DNA of 64,000 nt from an uncultured Nitrososphaerota archaeon (lineage in GTDB: Archaea; Thermoproteota; Nitrososphaeria; Nitrososphaerales; Gagatemarchaeaceae): NCBI GenBank assembly GCA_963703285.1, contig OY969807.1:1184001-1248000 (forward strand). The letters run 5' to 3'. The position numbers were made by a program, and so were the translations under genes. This document shows, piece after piece, positions 1 to 9,497 of the stretch; position 1 is the first letter of the stretch; the number at the start of each line of letters is the position of its first letter. The notes beneath the pieces were generated by a model. That model saw only the letters and a program-made list of their open reading frames with translations, ran no database searches and was not told the DNA's origin.

Positions 1-348
1 TCCGAGTACCCGGCTGGAGCGCTGGCTGCGGCGCTGTACATAGCTTCGGGGATAAGGGCAATGGAGAGGGGGACGATATCCACCGACCGCGACAAGGAGG
101 GAAGGGACGTCCTCGCGGACGTCGAGCTGACGAGGATAGCCATGCCAAGGAGGGTCTACACCATGTCACACATCGAGTACGCCATCGACAGGATAGAGTG
201 GCTCTACGGGCACAGGGAGCTGGTGAAGGGGCTGAGGTTCGTCTCCGAACCCCCCGTCCTCAGGTTCTTCTTCGGGAAGCTGGAGGCCCTGGACGACTGG
301 GGGACGGGCCTGAAGGAAGCCTACAGGAAGGAGATGGGCGACATCTGA
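1..348 (+). CDS. tnaA: Tryptophanase / tyrosine phenol-lyase, C-terminal part (5'-truncated by window)
   Basis: EYPAGALAAALY..SGIRAMERG..ELTRIAMPRRVYT..H..P.VLRFF is typical of the beta-eliminating lyase C-terminus. Confidence 0.85.
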   Translation, partial: SEYPAGALAAALYIASGIRAMERGTISTDRDKEGRDVLADVELTRIAMPRRVYTMSHIEYAIDRIEWLYGHRELVKGLRFVSEPPVLRFFFGKLEALDDWGTGLKEAYRKEMGDI

Positions 349-480
349 GCGCTACGGCTCGATGGCGTCGCACCTCCCCTCTGCCGCCCAAGGTCATTAC
401 TTCGGAGCGCACGAAGACTCTTCCGGTACCTTGTAACCTAAGAATTTCAAAGAGACTAGGAATAAGAACTCGGCTCACCC

Positions 481-846
481 ATGGTGATGGCAAGCGTCTT
501 GCAGCTAGGAACCCTGAACGAGAGGCCTTGGGGCCACTTTACGGCCTACGTGGTTAACGGTCAGCGCGTCACCGTCAAGGTGATAGCGATTAACCCGGGC
601 CAGCGCATGAGCCTGCAGTACCACTCAGAAAGGAGCGAGAGGTGGATCTGCCTTCAGGGCGTGGCCTTGGTGGAGATTGACGGCAGAAAGACGACCTTGC
701 GTCCGGATCAGGAGGCCCGAGTCCCTGTGGGGGCCAGACACCGACTCGGCGCTGGACCGGAAGGGGCGATGGTCCTGGAGATCGCCGAAGGCGACTTCAG
801 CGAGGACGACATAGTCAGGCTGGAGGACGATTACGGCAGACCCTGA
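481..846 (+). CDS. Cupin, phosphomannose isomerase type II C-terminal-like
   Basis: ERPWG..VK.I.INPGQRMSLQYH..RSERW..HRL..EDDIVRLEDDYGR. Confidence 0.9.
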   Translation: MVMASVLQLGTLNERPWGHFTAYVVNGQRVTVKVIAINPGQRMSLQYHSERSERWICLQGVALVEIDGRKTTLRPDQEARVPVGARHRLGAGPEGAMVLEIAEGDFSEDDIVRLEDDYGRP

Positions 847-902
847 GCCGAGAATCGGCCAGGTTTCCGACCCCCGTCTGCCCATGGACGAACAACCGGG
901 AA

Positions 903-1472
903 TCACACCCTGCAGACGAAGCCGTAGAGATGTGGCCCGGCGCTTATCGAAGTCGTAACGCGGAACCCGGCCCCGGAGAGGAGCTTCATGGACTCGTCCT
1001 TGCTCAGCCGAATGTCCAAGGGTGGACCGACGGTTGAACGGACCTTCCGCCAGTCGACGTTGACGACCGACGCTCCCTGCTTGGATATCCGCCTGATCTC
1101 CCTGAAGAGCGAGCCCTTGTCCTCTATGTCGTGGAGGACGAGCACGAGGAGCGTCAAGTCCACGGAGGATGAGGGGATGCCCGTCTTCGAGACGTCGGCC
1201 CGTATCGTCCGGACCCTCTCCGCGTCCGTGCCCGTCTTCTCGATGTTGGCCCTCAGGTGCCGCAGCATGGTCGGGTCTGCGTCGACCGCGTAGACCAACC
1301 CCCTCCCGCCTACCAGCGAGGCAACGGGCAGGGTGAAGAACCCCGGGCCGCATCCCAGATCGGCGACGACCATCCCTTTCCTGATCCCGATTTTCCTCGC
1401 CGTCTCAATCGGGTCCTGCCACTCCTTCCTTTCTTCGGAGTAGAGTCGCTTCGCGAAGGCGTCGGAGTCCAC
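903..1472 (-). CDS. Class I SAM-dependent methyltransferase
   Basis: VADLGCGPG motif I, VYAVD, GPP..RLS. Confidence 0.9.
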   Translation of the reverse strand: MDSDAFAKRLYSEERKEWQDPIETARKIGIRKGMVVADLGCGPGFFTLPVASLVGGRGLVYAVDADPTMLRHLRANIEKTGTDAERVRTIRADVSKTGIPSSSVDLTLLVLVLHDIEDKGSLFREIRRISKQGASVVNVDWRKVRSTVGPPLDIRLSKDESMKLLSGAGFRVTTSISAGPHLYGFVCRV

Positions 1473-1520
1473 GCCCTGGCTGTCCAGGGCTCGGCTAAAA
1501 GAGTCGGTCGGTGGAGGTGG

Positions 1521-1952
1521 CTAGGCGCTGCTTGTGCTGAGATATGGTTTGAACTTGCTCTCGATGTAGGCCTTCGGGGACGCCCCGACGAGACCGTCGA
1601 CCGCGACGCCGTTCTTGAAGACGAGCATCGTCGGGATGCTCTGGACGCCGAACTTGCTTGATACCATGGGGTTGTCGTCGACGTTGAGCTTTCCGAAGGT
1701 CACCCTCCCGGCGTACTCCCTCGAAAGCTCCTCGACTATCGGCCCGACCATCCTGCACGGCCCGCACCAGGGAGCCCAGAAATCCACGACCACGAGCGGG
1801 TGCTTCGAGAGCTCGGAGGCGAAGGTCGCGTCCGTGAGCACGACCGGCCCGCCCGCGGCGCTACCCTCCGTTGCCCCTGCTACCTTCTGCCTCTGAATCA
1901 TCTCTTGCATCTTCCTCTCGTTTATCTTCTCAATTTCATCGTCTTGTGACAA
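1521..1952 (-). CDS. trxA: Thioredoxin
   Basis: DFWAPWCGPC active site, SIPT; probable TTG start at 1952. Confidence 0.95.
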   Translation of the reverse strand: MSQDDEIEKINERKMQEMIQRQKVAGATEGSAAGGPVVLTDATFASELSKHPLVVVDFWAPWCGPCRMVGPIVEELSREYAGRVTFGKLNVDDNPMVSSKFGVQSIPTMLVFKNGVAVDGLVGASPKAYIESKFKPYLSTSSA

Positions 1953-2053
1953 GTCATTTTCCCTTGTGTCGAGAAGGGCCGGGATGTTTAAGTATCTTGC
2001 GCTATTGCCAATACTACGCAATACCTATAACTCTGGTAACCCAGAGGGGAGGC

Positions 2054-2458
2054 GTGGACAGCATCCAGCTTCTGACGAGGAAAGGAGCCAACTGCACCGA
2101 GCTTCTGAGCTGCCTCTACGGGCTGAAGCCGATGGAGGTGCAGGTATTCTATGTTCTTGCAGGGAGGGGGAGCGCGACGGTTGACGAGGTCTCCGCGTCC
2201 GTCGGGCGCGACAGGACGACGGTCCACCGGTGCCTCAGCAAGCTAGTCAGCGCAGGACTGGTCTACAGGCAGGCCAGCAGCCTGAAGGACGGCGGCTACA
2301 GGTACGTCTACATGCCCGCCGAACCGTCGAGGATCAGGGTGCTAGCAGAGGAGAGGGTGAGGGAGATCGCCACGAGCCTTCAGTCGCTCGTCGACAACTT
2401 CGAGCGCGACCTGAAGGCGCGCACCGGCCGGGAAGGTCCTCAGCCCGCCGTTCGGTGA
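2054..2458 (+). CDS. TrmB-like HTH transcriptional regulator
   Basis: C..LL.C.YGL...E, RDRTTVHRCLSKLV.AGLV, GGY.YVY; divergent from trxA. Confidence 0.8.
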   Translation: MDSIQLLTRKGANCTELLSCLYGLKPMEVQVFYVLAGRGSATVDEVSASVGRDRTTVHRCLSKLVSAGLVYRQASSLKDGGYRYVYMPAEPSRIRVLAEERVREIATSLQSLVDNFERDLKARTGREGPQPAVR

Positions 2459-3739
2459 GGTTCCCTGAAGCGGAAGAAACAGTAGACGCTGGCCAGGGCC
2501 GCGGCTACCAGTCCCGGAATCATCAGCAGCCCCACGAACGGCACGAGGACTATCGAAGCCCCGAGCGAGAGCAGCGGGACGACCCTGCGCGCGCCCCTCT
2601 CGCGGAGGAGCTTCACCCCGCAGGCGGACCCGATTATGTAGGTCAGGACGGCTGCTCCGCTCGTCCCCAGGAACCCCGTCTGGACCCCGATGCGAAGGAA
2701 GTAGAAGCAGACGAGGCTGACCAGATTGAGCGAAATCAGAGCGACCATCGCGCGTCGGGGCACGCCCGAGCCGGCGTCGACGGACCCTAGGAAGGAGGGC
2801 AGGCCGCCTCCTCGGGCCGCGGCGTAGATTATCCTCGCGAGCCCGCCCGTGTAGGCGTTGACGGTGCCGAAGATCACCACGATTGCGAGCAGAGAGACGG
2901 CGAGCCCGCCGTAGGACCCGACCACCCGAGACATCATGACGGCGAAGGGGGCTAGACCTCCTCCGCTGGTGTAGGCGCCCGTCCCGATGACTGAGATGGC
3001 GACCAGCATGTAGAGGGAGGCTATGAGCACGACGCTTATCGTCACGCTCCTCCCGAAGTCGCGGGCGGGGTCCTTGAACTCCTCCGCGACGTTCGAGACG
3101 TTCTCGTAGCCTAGGAACGACCAGACTATCAGCGCCGACGCCGTGCCGACAGCCGCCAGGCCGTTGGGGAAGACGGGAGTGAAGTTGGACGGGCGGATGT
3201 CCCCCGCTGAGGCGGCTATCGCGACGAGCAGGACCGCTATGATGATGGCGACCGTCGCGAGCTGCACGCGACCGCTCAACTTGATCCCGAGGAAGTTGAT
3301 GGCGAAGGCCAGGATGAGTATCGTCGCGGCGACGAGGAAGGTCTCGGGGCTCGTCATCGGGATAGAGTAGGACAGGTAGGCTGCGGCCGAGAGCGTGATC
3401 GCCGGCGCGCCGCAGACCACCCAGGCGACGAAGAGCCAGGCGACGACCGTGGCCGCGCGGACCCCGTAGGCTTCCTTCGCGAAGGCGTAGATCCCCTCCC
3501 GACTCCGGTCTGCGCGCGGAGAGCCTTGAGAAGGTGTATGCGAACGGGTAGCTGGCGAGCGAGAGAAGGAGCCAGGCGATGAGCGAACCAGGTCCGGCGA
3601 CCTTGGCTGCCAGACCCGGCACCACGAGGACCCCTGCGCCGAGGACGGAGGTGATGTACATCGCGACGGCGTACCTGAGGGTGATGACCCGCCTGAGGGG
3701 AGGATGTGATTCATCCCCGCCGGGTGCCTTGGCACTCAC
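2440..3739 (-). CDS. APC-family amino acid permease with a 1-nt frameshift near 3495
   Basis: N-terminus (SVLGAG..PG..GPGS..RPESGG) is in one frame; GIYAF..FLGYE..AEEFKDP continues in another; the shift lies in a C-rich run. Confidence 0.85.
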
Positions 3740-3817
3740 GCGTGCCGCGGCGATGGCGCGCTATAAATGTCGGACGGGCGGGCTCGGTGTGTACGGAGAC
3801 TCGTCGGTGAAAGTCCT

Positions 3818-4075
3818 CTACGGCTTGGGCTCTTCCTTCTTTTCATCGGCGGGCTTGTCGGGCGGGAACCCGGGAATCTTGCCCTTGTTCCGAGCGAAGA
3901 GCACGCCCGCGAAGACGGCCAGGCTGAAGGCCGTGACGAAGAGTGGCAGGACGTAGGCTTCCACCAGGATCGCAGAGACACCTCCGGACCATGCCACGGT
4001 GGTCACGAATACCACGACTGCAGCCAGGAGCGTCGCGAAAATCGAGAGTATGACCGTCTTGTGCTCGTCCGCCAA
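3818..4075 (-). CDS. Small two-TM membrane protein
   Basis: Two hydrophobic segments and a charged tail. Confidence 0.55.
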   Translation of the reverse strand: MADEHKTVILSIFATLLAAVVVFVTTVAWSGGVSAILVEAYVLPLFVTAFSLAVFAGVLFARNKGKIPGFPPDKPADEKKEEPKP

Positions 4076-4117
4076 CGTCCCTCAGTAGGAGCGGCCAGTT
4101 CTAAAAGGTGTTGCCCT

Positions 4118-5197
4118 CTAGGACGTGGGGGAGAACGCCACGTTGCTGACGACCGCGCCCGAAGATGTCTCGCCACCGGAGCAGAATATCGCACCATCCG
4201 AGCTCACGCAGGAGAGCCCCCAGACGGCGACCGGATAGTTCGTGTCCTCGACCCACTGGCCTACCCCCGAAGTAGAGAGCGGGGCGTGATAGACTGCGTC
4301 CGAGACGTTGGGACCGGTGTGACCGCCCATGCAGTAGATCCAGCCGCTCACAGTCACGCACGAGAGAAGGTTAGCCCCAACCGTAAAGGGGTAGACGGTG
4401 GTGTTCGTCCAGCGACCGACCCCCGCGGACGAGACAGTGGCATAATACACGGCCGTGTTGTCGAGTCCGCCCACGCAGTAGAGGTCGCTGCTGGTCGCCA
4501 CGCACGATTCCTGCCTGACGCCTACCGGGTAGCCCGTCGTGTTCGTCCAGGCGCCGAGCCCGGCGGAGGAGTAGGGGGCGAAGTAGACTCCGCTCGTCCC
4601 CGTCTCTGCTGGTGTGTTCCCGCCGACGCAGTAGACACCGAAGCTGGAGGGTGCGCAGGACTGAGTCCAAATGGGGGACGGATAGCTCGTGGTGGCCTTC
4701 CACGCGCCGACTCCCGATGAGGAAAGAGTCGCATAGTAGACGTCGTTTGTGATCGCCGTGCTGTTGACGCCGCCGATGCAGTACATCATGCCGGCCCATG
4801 CGACGCAGGACCCCGAGCGGATGCTCGTCGGATAGCTCGTGGTCTGGGTCCACGGACCGACCCCGGTCTGGGAGAGTGGCGCGAAGTAGGTCGAGCTGGT
4901 TATGTCCGAGTTGTCAATCCCGGCCACGCCTCCCACGCAGTAGACGTATCCTCCCGACGCGACGCAGGACTGCGTCCAGATCTCGGTCGGGTAGCTTGTG
5001 GAGGTGCCCCAGGCCAGGGCCGCGACGGCGCTCGAACTGGTCGTGGAGGTGCTGGTGGTCGAGGTCATCGTGGCGAGGTGTCCCGCCGAGTAGGTGACCG
5101 TGGTGGTCACGACCATCGTGACGACGATGATCGTGATTATCGAGCCGAAAAGCGCACCGCTGTCGGTTGGGCCGCTGCCCTGGGCGTAGCTAGACAT
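4118..5197 (-). CDS. Membrane-anchored Kelch-like beta-propeller protein
   Basis: N-terminal TM, Ser/Thr linker, about six repeats of W..TT.YP.....SC......YC.GG. Confidence 0.8.
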   Translation of the reverse strand: MSSYAQGSGPTDSGALFGSIITIIVVTMVVTTTVTYSAGHLATMTSTTSTSTTSSSAVAALAWGTSTSYPTEIWTQSCVASGGYVYCVGGVAGIDNSDITSSTYFAPLSQTGVGPWTQTTSYPTSIRSGSCVAWAGMMYCIGGVNSTAITNDVYYATLSSSGVGAWKATTSYPSPIWTQSCAPSSFGVYCVGGNTPAETGTSGVYFAPYSSAGLGAWTNTTGYPVGVRQESCVATSSDLYCVGGLDNTAVYYATVSSAGVGRWTNTTVYPFTVGANLLSCVTVSGWIYCMGGHTGPNVSDAVYHAPLSTSGVGQWVEDTNYPVAVWGLSCVSSDGAIFCSGGETSSGAVVSNVAFSPTS

Positions 5198-5321
5198 GCG
5201 TCGGCTGAATCGTATGGGGGGAGGTGCCGTGGCTTAAGCGTTTTCGGTCGTCACTCAGGGAAAGTCCGAACCTGACGGGAGGACTCCGGAGGCGATCTGG
5301 AGGAGCAAAATCGGATACTCC

Positions 5322-6545
5322 TCATTGCCTTGCAGAGTAGAGGACGAACGCCGCGGCGGCGAACGGCGCCAGTGACAAAAGGAAGGGGGCCGCGGGAGAG
5401 ACACCCGAGTAGAGAAGCCCGGCCGCAACCTGGGACGGCAGCGAGACCAGCGCAGGCAGGAGGCTGAACATGGCCAGGATCTTCCCCCTGTCAGACGGGG
5501 AGACGGTCTCGGCCTGCATGGTCGCAATCGAGGGCGTCTGTATCGCGGTCGCGACCGCACCAGTCACCCCCCACTCGAGAAGCTCGTCCATTGTCTTCGC
5601 CTGTAGGAAGATCACGTTGCTAACCGGGGCTGCGGTCGACGCGAGGAGCACGCTCCTCCTGGCGCCGATCCTCCTGACCAGGAATATCACTGTGAGCATC
5701 AGGGCCACTGTCGTCACGCCGGCGAGGTCCACAACGAGGCTGTAGCTCAGCGGGCTTATCCGGAGGTGGTCGACCACGTAAATCGAGACAAAGGGAGAGG
5801 TCAGGCCCGTGCCGACCCCAGCCAGTGTCACGTAGACGAGGAGCTTCCTCACGAGCGAGCTGGACCGCCTCGCGGCGCGGATCCCGGAGGTCAGTGATTC
5901 CCTGACGTAGCTGCGGAGCGGCCTCTTCTCGGTGGGAGCGGGGATGTAGGTCTCCCGAAGCCTCATGGTCCTGATTGAGACCGCTAAAAGCCCGAACGTC
6001 GCGCTCGCAAGGTACGCGACCTTGACGCCGTTCAGTATTCCGTAGTACTCCATCAGGAGCCCTCCGAAGGTCGGGATGAACATCGAGGGGATGGTGTTTA
6101 TTACGTTGAAGACCGCGAAGCCGCGGATCCTGTCGGCGGGTCTGATCTCGTCCATCATCACCGAGTTGAACGCCGGGGTGTAGATGCTGGCGAGGGACGC
6201 CATGGTAAGGGGCAGGACGAGGTAGTAGTACGATGTCGTGAGCGAGTAGATGAACGCGCTCGCGACCGAGACCCAGCTGAAGGTTATGATGACTCGCTTC
6301 CTCCCCCAGGTGTCTGCGACGTATCCGCCGACGAGCAGAGCGAGGATGGTGACCGCCGTGCCGTATCCGATGAGCAGGCCCACGACGAGGGGCGTCGCTC
6401 CCAGCGCCGAGAAGTAGAGCGTCTGGTAGGGGGTCGCCATCGCGCTCCCCACCGTCCAGATGGCCGAGGTGGACGTGAGGACCCAAGCGCTCCTGGGCAG
6501 GTACAGGAAGTCTCTGAGCCTAGATGGACCGCTCACTCTCGTCAC
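5322..6545 (-). CDS. MFS transporter
   Basis: GGYVADTWGRKR motif A, about 12 TM segments; start approximate. Confidence 0.9.
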   Translation of the reverse strand: MTRVSGPSRLRDFLYLPRSAWVLTSTSAIWTVGSAMATPYQTLYFSALGATPLVVGLLIGYGTAVTILALLVGGYVADTWGRKRVIITFSWVSVASAFIYSLTTSYYYLVLPLTMASLASIYTPAFNSVMMDEIRPADRIRGFAVFNVINTIPSMFIPTFGGLLMEYYGILNGVKVAYLASATFGLLAVSIRTMRLRETYIPAPTEKRPLRSYVRESLTSGIRAARRSSSLVRKLLVYVTLAGVGTGLTSPFVSIYVVDHLRISPLSYSLVVDLAGVTTVALMLTVIFLVRRIGARRSVLLASTAAPVSNVIFLQAKTMDELLEWGVTGAVATAIQTPSIATMQAETVSPSDRGKILAMFSLLPALVSLPSQVAAGLLYSGVSPAAPFLLSLAPFAAAAFVLYSARQ

Positions 6546-6662
6546 CCGGGACAAGCTGCGTGATTTCTGGGTTATTTCAGTTCGGCGTTCCGACGCAGGC
6601 AGAATCGACCCGGCCGGCTCCCGAGACCTTAAATCGTACGGAGCGTTCGGGTGTCGATACGA

Positions 6663-7265
6663 ATGGCGCAAGAACATCCACCTCTAGAGATAGACAGGGG
6701 CAAGACGGCCCTGGTGGTCATCGACCTGCAGAAGGGGATCTCCGGAAGGCAGACCGCCCCGCACGAAAGCGGCATGGTAGTCGCGAACGCTGCGAAGCTC
6801 GCAGACGCGTTCAGGAGGAACGGCATGCCGGTCTTCCTGGTCCACGTAGTGGCCGCCGAGGCTGACAGGCTCAAGCCGATTGCGGACCAGCAACCCTGGA
6901 GGTCGGGAGGCCAGCCCCCCAGCGACTTCGCCGACATCGTCCCAGAGCTCGGGCCGAAGGAGAGCGACGTGGTGATAACCAAGAAGCAGTGGGGCGCGTT
7001 CTATGGGACAGAGCTCGACCTCCAGCTGAGGAGGAGGAAGATGGAGACCATCGTGCTCTGTGGGATATCGACGAACATAGGCGTGGAGAGCACGGCGCGG
7101 TTCGCCTACGAGTTCGGATATCAGCAGATATTCGCATCAGACGCTATGGCTGCGAACTCGGCCGAGGAGCATGACGGCGCCTTGAACCATACCTTCAGGC
7201 GAATCGGAAGGGTGAGGACGACCGCCGAGATAATCGACGCGCTGATGCGGCCGCGCACTTCGTGA
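6663..7265 (+). CDS. Isochorismatase-family hydrolase
   Basis: TALVVIDLQKG, K.QWGAFYGT.LDLQLRRR, GISTNIGVESTAR. Confidence 0.92.
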   Translation: MAQEHPPLEIDRGKTALVVIDLQKGISGRQTAPHESGMVVANAAKLADAFRRNGMPVFLVHVVAAEADRLKPIADQQPWRSGGQPPSDFADIVPELGPKESDVVITKKQWGAFYGTELDLQLRRRKMETIVLCGISTNIGVESTARFAYEFGYQQIFASDAMAANSAEEHDGALNHTFRRIGRVRTTAEIIDALMRPRTS

Positions 7266-7281
7266 CAGGGCTTCGACCAGA

Positions 7282-7587
7282 TTAGAAGCCGTGGCCGTGG
7301 CTGCACGCGTGCTGCGCAAAGTACTGCTCGTGCCCCGCTGCCGCCTGACAGGTCCCTTTGCAGCCGTCCGGGCAAATCGGGTTCATCTGGCAGTGAAGGC
7401 CGCCCGGGTGAGGGATCCCGCAGCCCACCCCCAGGCACGTACAGGCCGCTCCGCACAACATCATCTTCTGGTAGGCGGGGGTAGTCAGCCAGGCGTACCC
7501 CGTGACGATCTTGTAGTGAGACCTTAGCAGGGCCCACTCCTGCTCTCTCGTTAGCTTCTTGCCAGCCACGCGTCTCTTCGCAGGCAT
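7282..7587 (-). CDS. Small Cys/His-rich hypothetical protein
   Basis: 101-aa ORF with a Cys/His-dense C-terminal half; co-oriented with upstream genes. Confidence 0.55.
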   Translation of the reverse strand: MPAKRRVAGKKLTREQEWALLRSHYKIVTGYAWLTTPAYQKMMLCGAACTCLGVGCGIPHPGGLHCQMNPICPDGCKGTCQAAAGHEQYFAQHACSHGHGF

Positions 7588-7619
7588 ATCCCACGCTCGA
7601 CTACATTTCGTATGTTGTT

Positions 7620-8108
7620 TTATTTAAGCTCAAGCAAACCGGCCAGCTCCTCAATCTCCTCCCCTCCCACCTTCGTTGCGGTCTCGCCGGGGAAGCTGAA
7701 CCCGTACTTCCGGTAGAACGAGATGCCCTTCTCGTTGTGCTTCGCCACGTTCAAGACCAGCCTGCTGGCGCCAGGAAACTGTCCCACAAGGTAGTCCATC
7801 AGCTGTCTTCCGATACCTCGCCTCTGCGACAAGGGCAGGACGTAGAGCTGGAAGACCCTCACGGTATCTGAGTCAACGCTCGCCACCCTGGCCATCCCGA
7901 CGAGCTCGCCGCCTTCCCTGAATCCGAGGAAGAGCACGTCCTTGTTCTTCATCTGGCGACGGAGGGTCTCGGCGCTGTGCCAGACGTTGCTTGCTGTGTT
8001 GATGATCGAGTCTGAGAGTATACCGCCGTAGGTGTCAGCCCACGTTACCTTGAGCAGGTCGTGGACTTCTTCCGCGTCGCGTTCGTCCAGCCTGACTATC
8101 TCACCCAA
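7620..8108 (-). CDS. GNAT N-acetyltransferase
   Basis: LYVLP..QRRGIG, N.KGISFYRKYGF. Confidence 0.92.
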   Translation of the reverse strand: MGEIVRLDERDAEEVHDLLKVTWADTYGGILSDSIINTASNVWHSAETLRRQMKNKDVLFLGFREGGELVGMARVASVDSDTVRVFQLYVLPLSQRRGIGRQLMDYLVGQFPGASRLVLNVAKHNEKGISFYRKYGFSFPGETATKVGGEEIEELAGLLELK

Positions 8109-8120
8109 GTGGAACCATCC

Positions 8121-8534
8121 TCACGATATCTCGAACTCGTTTCCGTCGAGGTCCTTGAGGATGGCATACTTCCCCCAGCTCGTTGTTTTCAGCTGCTCAG
8201 AGAACCCAACACCTCTGGCAGTTAGCTCAAGGTACGTCCTCTCCACACCCTCGGGATCGCTGGAAGGTACGACGACCCCAGTCTTCTCGTCCCTTCGAAG
8301 CCTGACCTCGCCGCACTGGAGCCAGATTCCGGTTCGCCCCCCGGGTCCGTCGTCCCCCCAATCGTCGCAGCGGCCGCACAGGTGGATCAGGGTAGCGTGG
8401 GAGCCCTTCGGCCTGACGAACACGGCGTGGCCCTCCGATCCGACTACCTCGAAGCCGAGCCTGTCGCGGTAACATTCTGCCGATAGCCTCGCGTCTTCGA
8501 CCAGGACCGCCACGGAACCGACGCCATCGATCAT
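8121..8534 (-). CDS. VOC/glyoxalase family protein
   Basis: YRDRLGFEV..WGKYAILKDLDGNEFEI. Confidence 0.85.
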   Translation of the reverse strand: MIDGVGSVAVLVEDARLSAECYRDRLGFEVVGSEGHAVFVRPKGSHATLIHLCGRCDDWGDDGPGGRTGIWLQCGEVRLRRDEKTGVVVPSSDPEGVERTYLELTARGVGFSEQLKTTSWGKYAILKDLDGNEFEIS

Positions 8535-8618
8535 GAATCTCGGACACCGCTCACTGACTATAAGCGTTGGCGGAGTGACCGGTTCGACGTTCGCGCGGAC
8601 AGCAGGAGATATAAGCGA

Positions 8619-9163
8619 TTGACCCAATCGACAGATGGTCGTCCGTTGGCAAGATGGGAGTGCTACCGGTGCTCTTACGTGGTCGAGACGGAAAATCCGC
8701 CGGACGAATGTCCCAGTTGCAACTACTCAGTGAGCTTCTGGATAAGCCAGCCCCAGGAGAGGAAGTTGACGCTGAAGGATTTTGTGAGGAGAAACCTGCT
8801 CAAGCTCGACGGAGACGAGTCTGTCAGCCAGGCGGCTAAGCTGATGAGGGAGCACGACACCGAGAACGTTCTGGTCACAATCGACGGCGAGCTCGCGGGG
8901 ATGGTTACCGAGAGGGACATACTCACAAAGGTCGCGGCGGAGGACCTACTCGCTTCCCAGGTTCCACTGAGGAAGGTCATGACGTCCCTTGTGACCGCAC
9001 CGTCCGAGACACCCGTGACCGACGCGCTGAAGATGATGGCCGCGCGCCACATCAGGCGACTGATCGTGACCGAGGGCGGTCACCCGATAGGCGTGGTGAG
9101 CCATAGGTCGATCCTGGGGGAAGCTTCCGCGCTACCGGAGAGGGCGCCAAGACGCCCAACTGA
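8619..9163 (+). CDS. Rubredoxin-like plus CBS-pair protein; true end probably TGA at 9161-9163
   Basis: WEC..C.Y......P..CP.C, then CBS motifs (GMVTERDI, IRRL.V); one more G in the run at ~9116-9120 gives ILGGSFR..KTPN-stop and removes the overlap with the opposite gene. Confidence 0.8.
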
Positions 9164-9196
9164 CTTGGCCTCTATGGAAGCGGCCGCTCGGCCGTC

Positions 9197-9442
9197 TCAG
9201 CGTCCGACCGAGCGCTCGTCAGAAGAGTCACGGCCTGGCCTGGCGCTTCCGGACGGCTTCGCGACCGTGGCCCTGCGGACGGTCGATTTCCCGAGGCACT
9301 TCTTGCAAACGCAGTCGTCCGCCTTGTTCCGGATCTCGACCAAGGTCCGACCTTCGACCAGGACAGATGAGCACCAGCAGTCGGCGGTGCCCGAGCATTC
9401 GAAGCGAACGCCGCACACGCCACAGGTGACAGTTCTTGGCAA
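9197..9442 (-). CDS. Cysteine-rich CWC family small protein
   Basis: C..CG..FEC.....CWC and DCVC..CL. Confidence 0.7.
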   Translation of the reverse strand: MPRTVTCGVCGVRFECSGTADCWCSSVLVEGRTLVEIRNKADDCVCKKCLGKSTVRRATVAKPSGSARPGRDSSDERSVGR

Positions 9443-9497
9443 GACGGCCTTTCTCGTCCAGGTTCGCTCTAAAGCATTGTGACGGCCTGCACTGACG

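Noticed and set aside
3490-3505. Programmed frameshift in the APC permease
   Set aside because: Single extra base in a C-rich run with no stimulatory signal; likely a sequencing error
9164-9482. Long C-terminal tail on the CBS protein
   Set aside because: Better explained by a missing G in a homopolymer; it overlaps the CWC gene on the other strand
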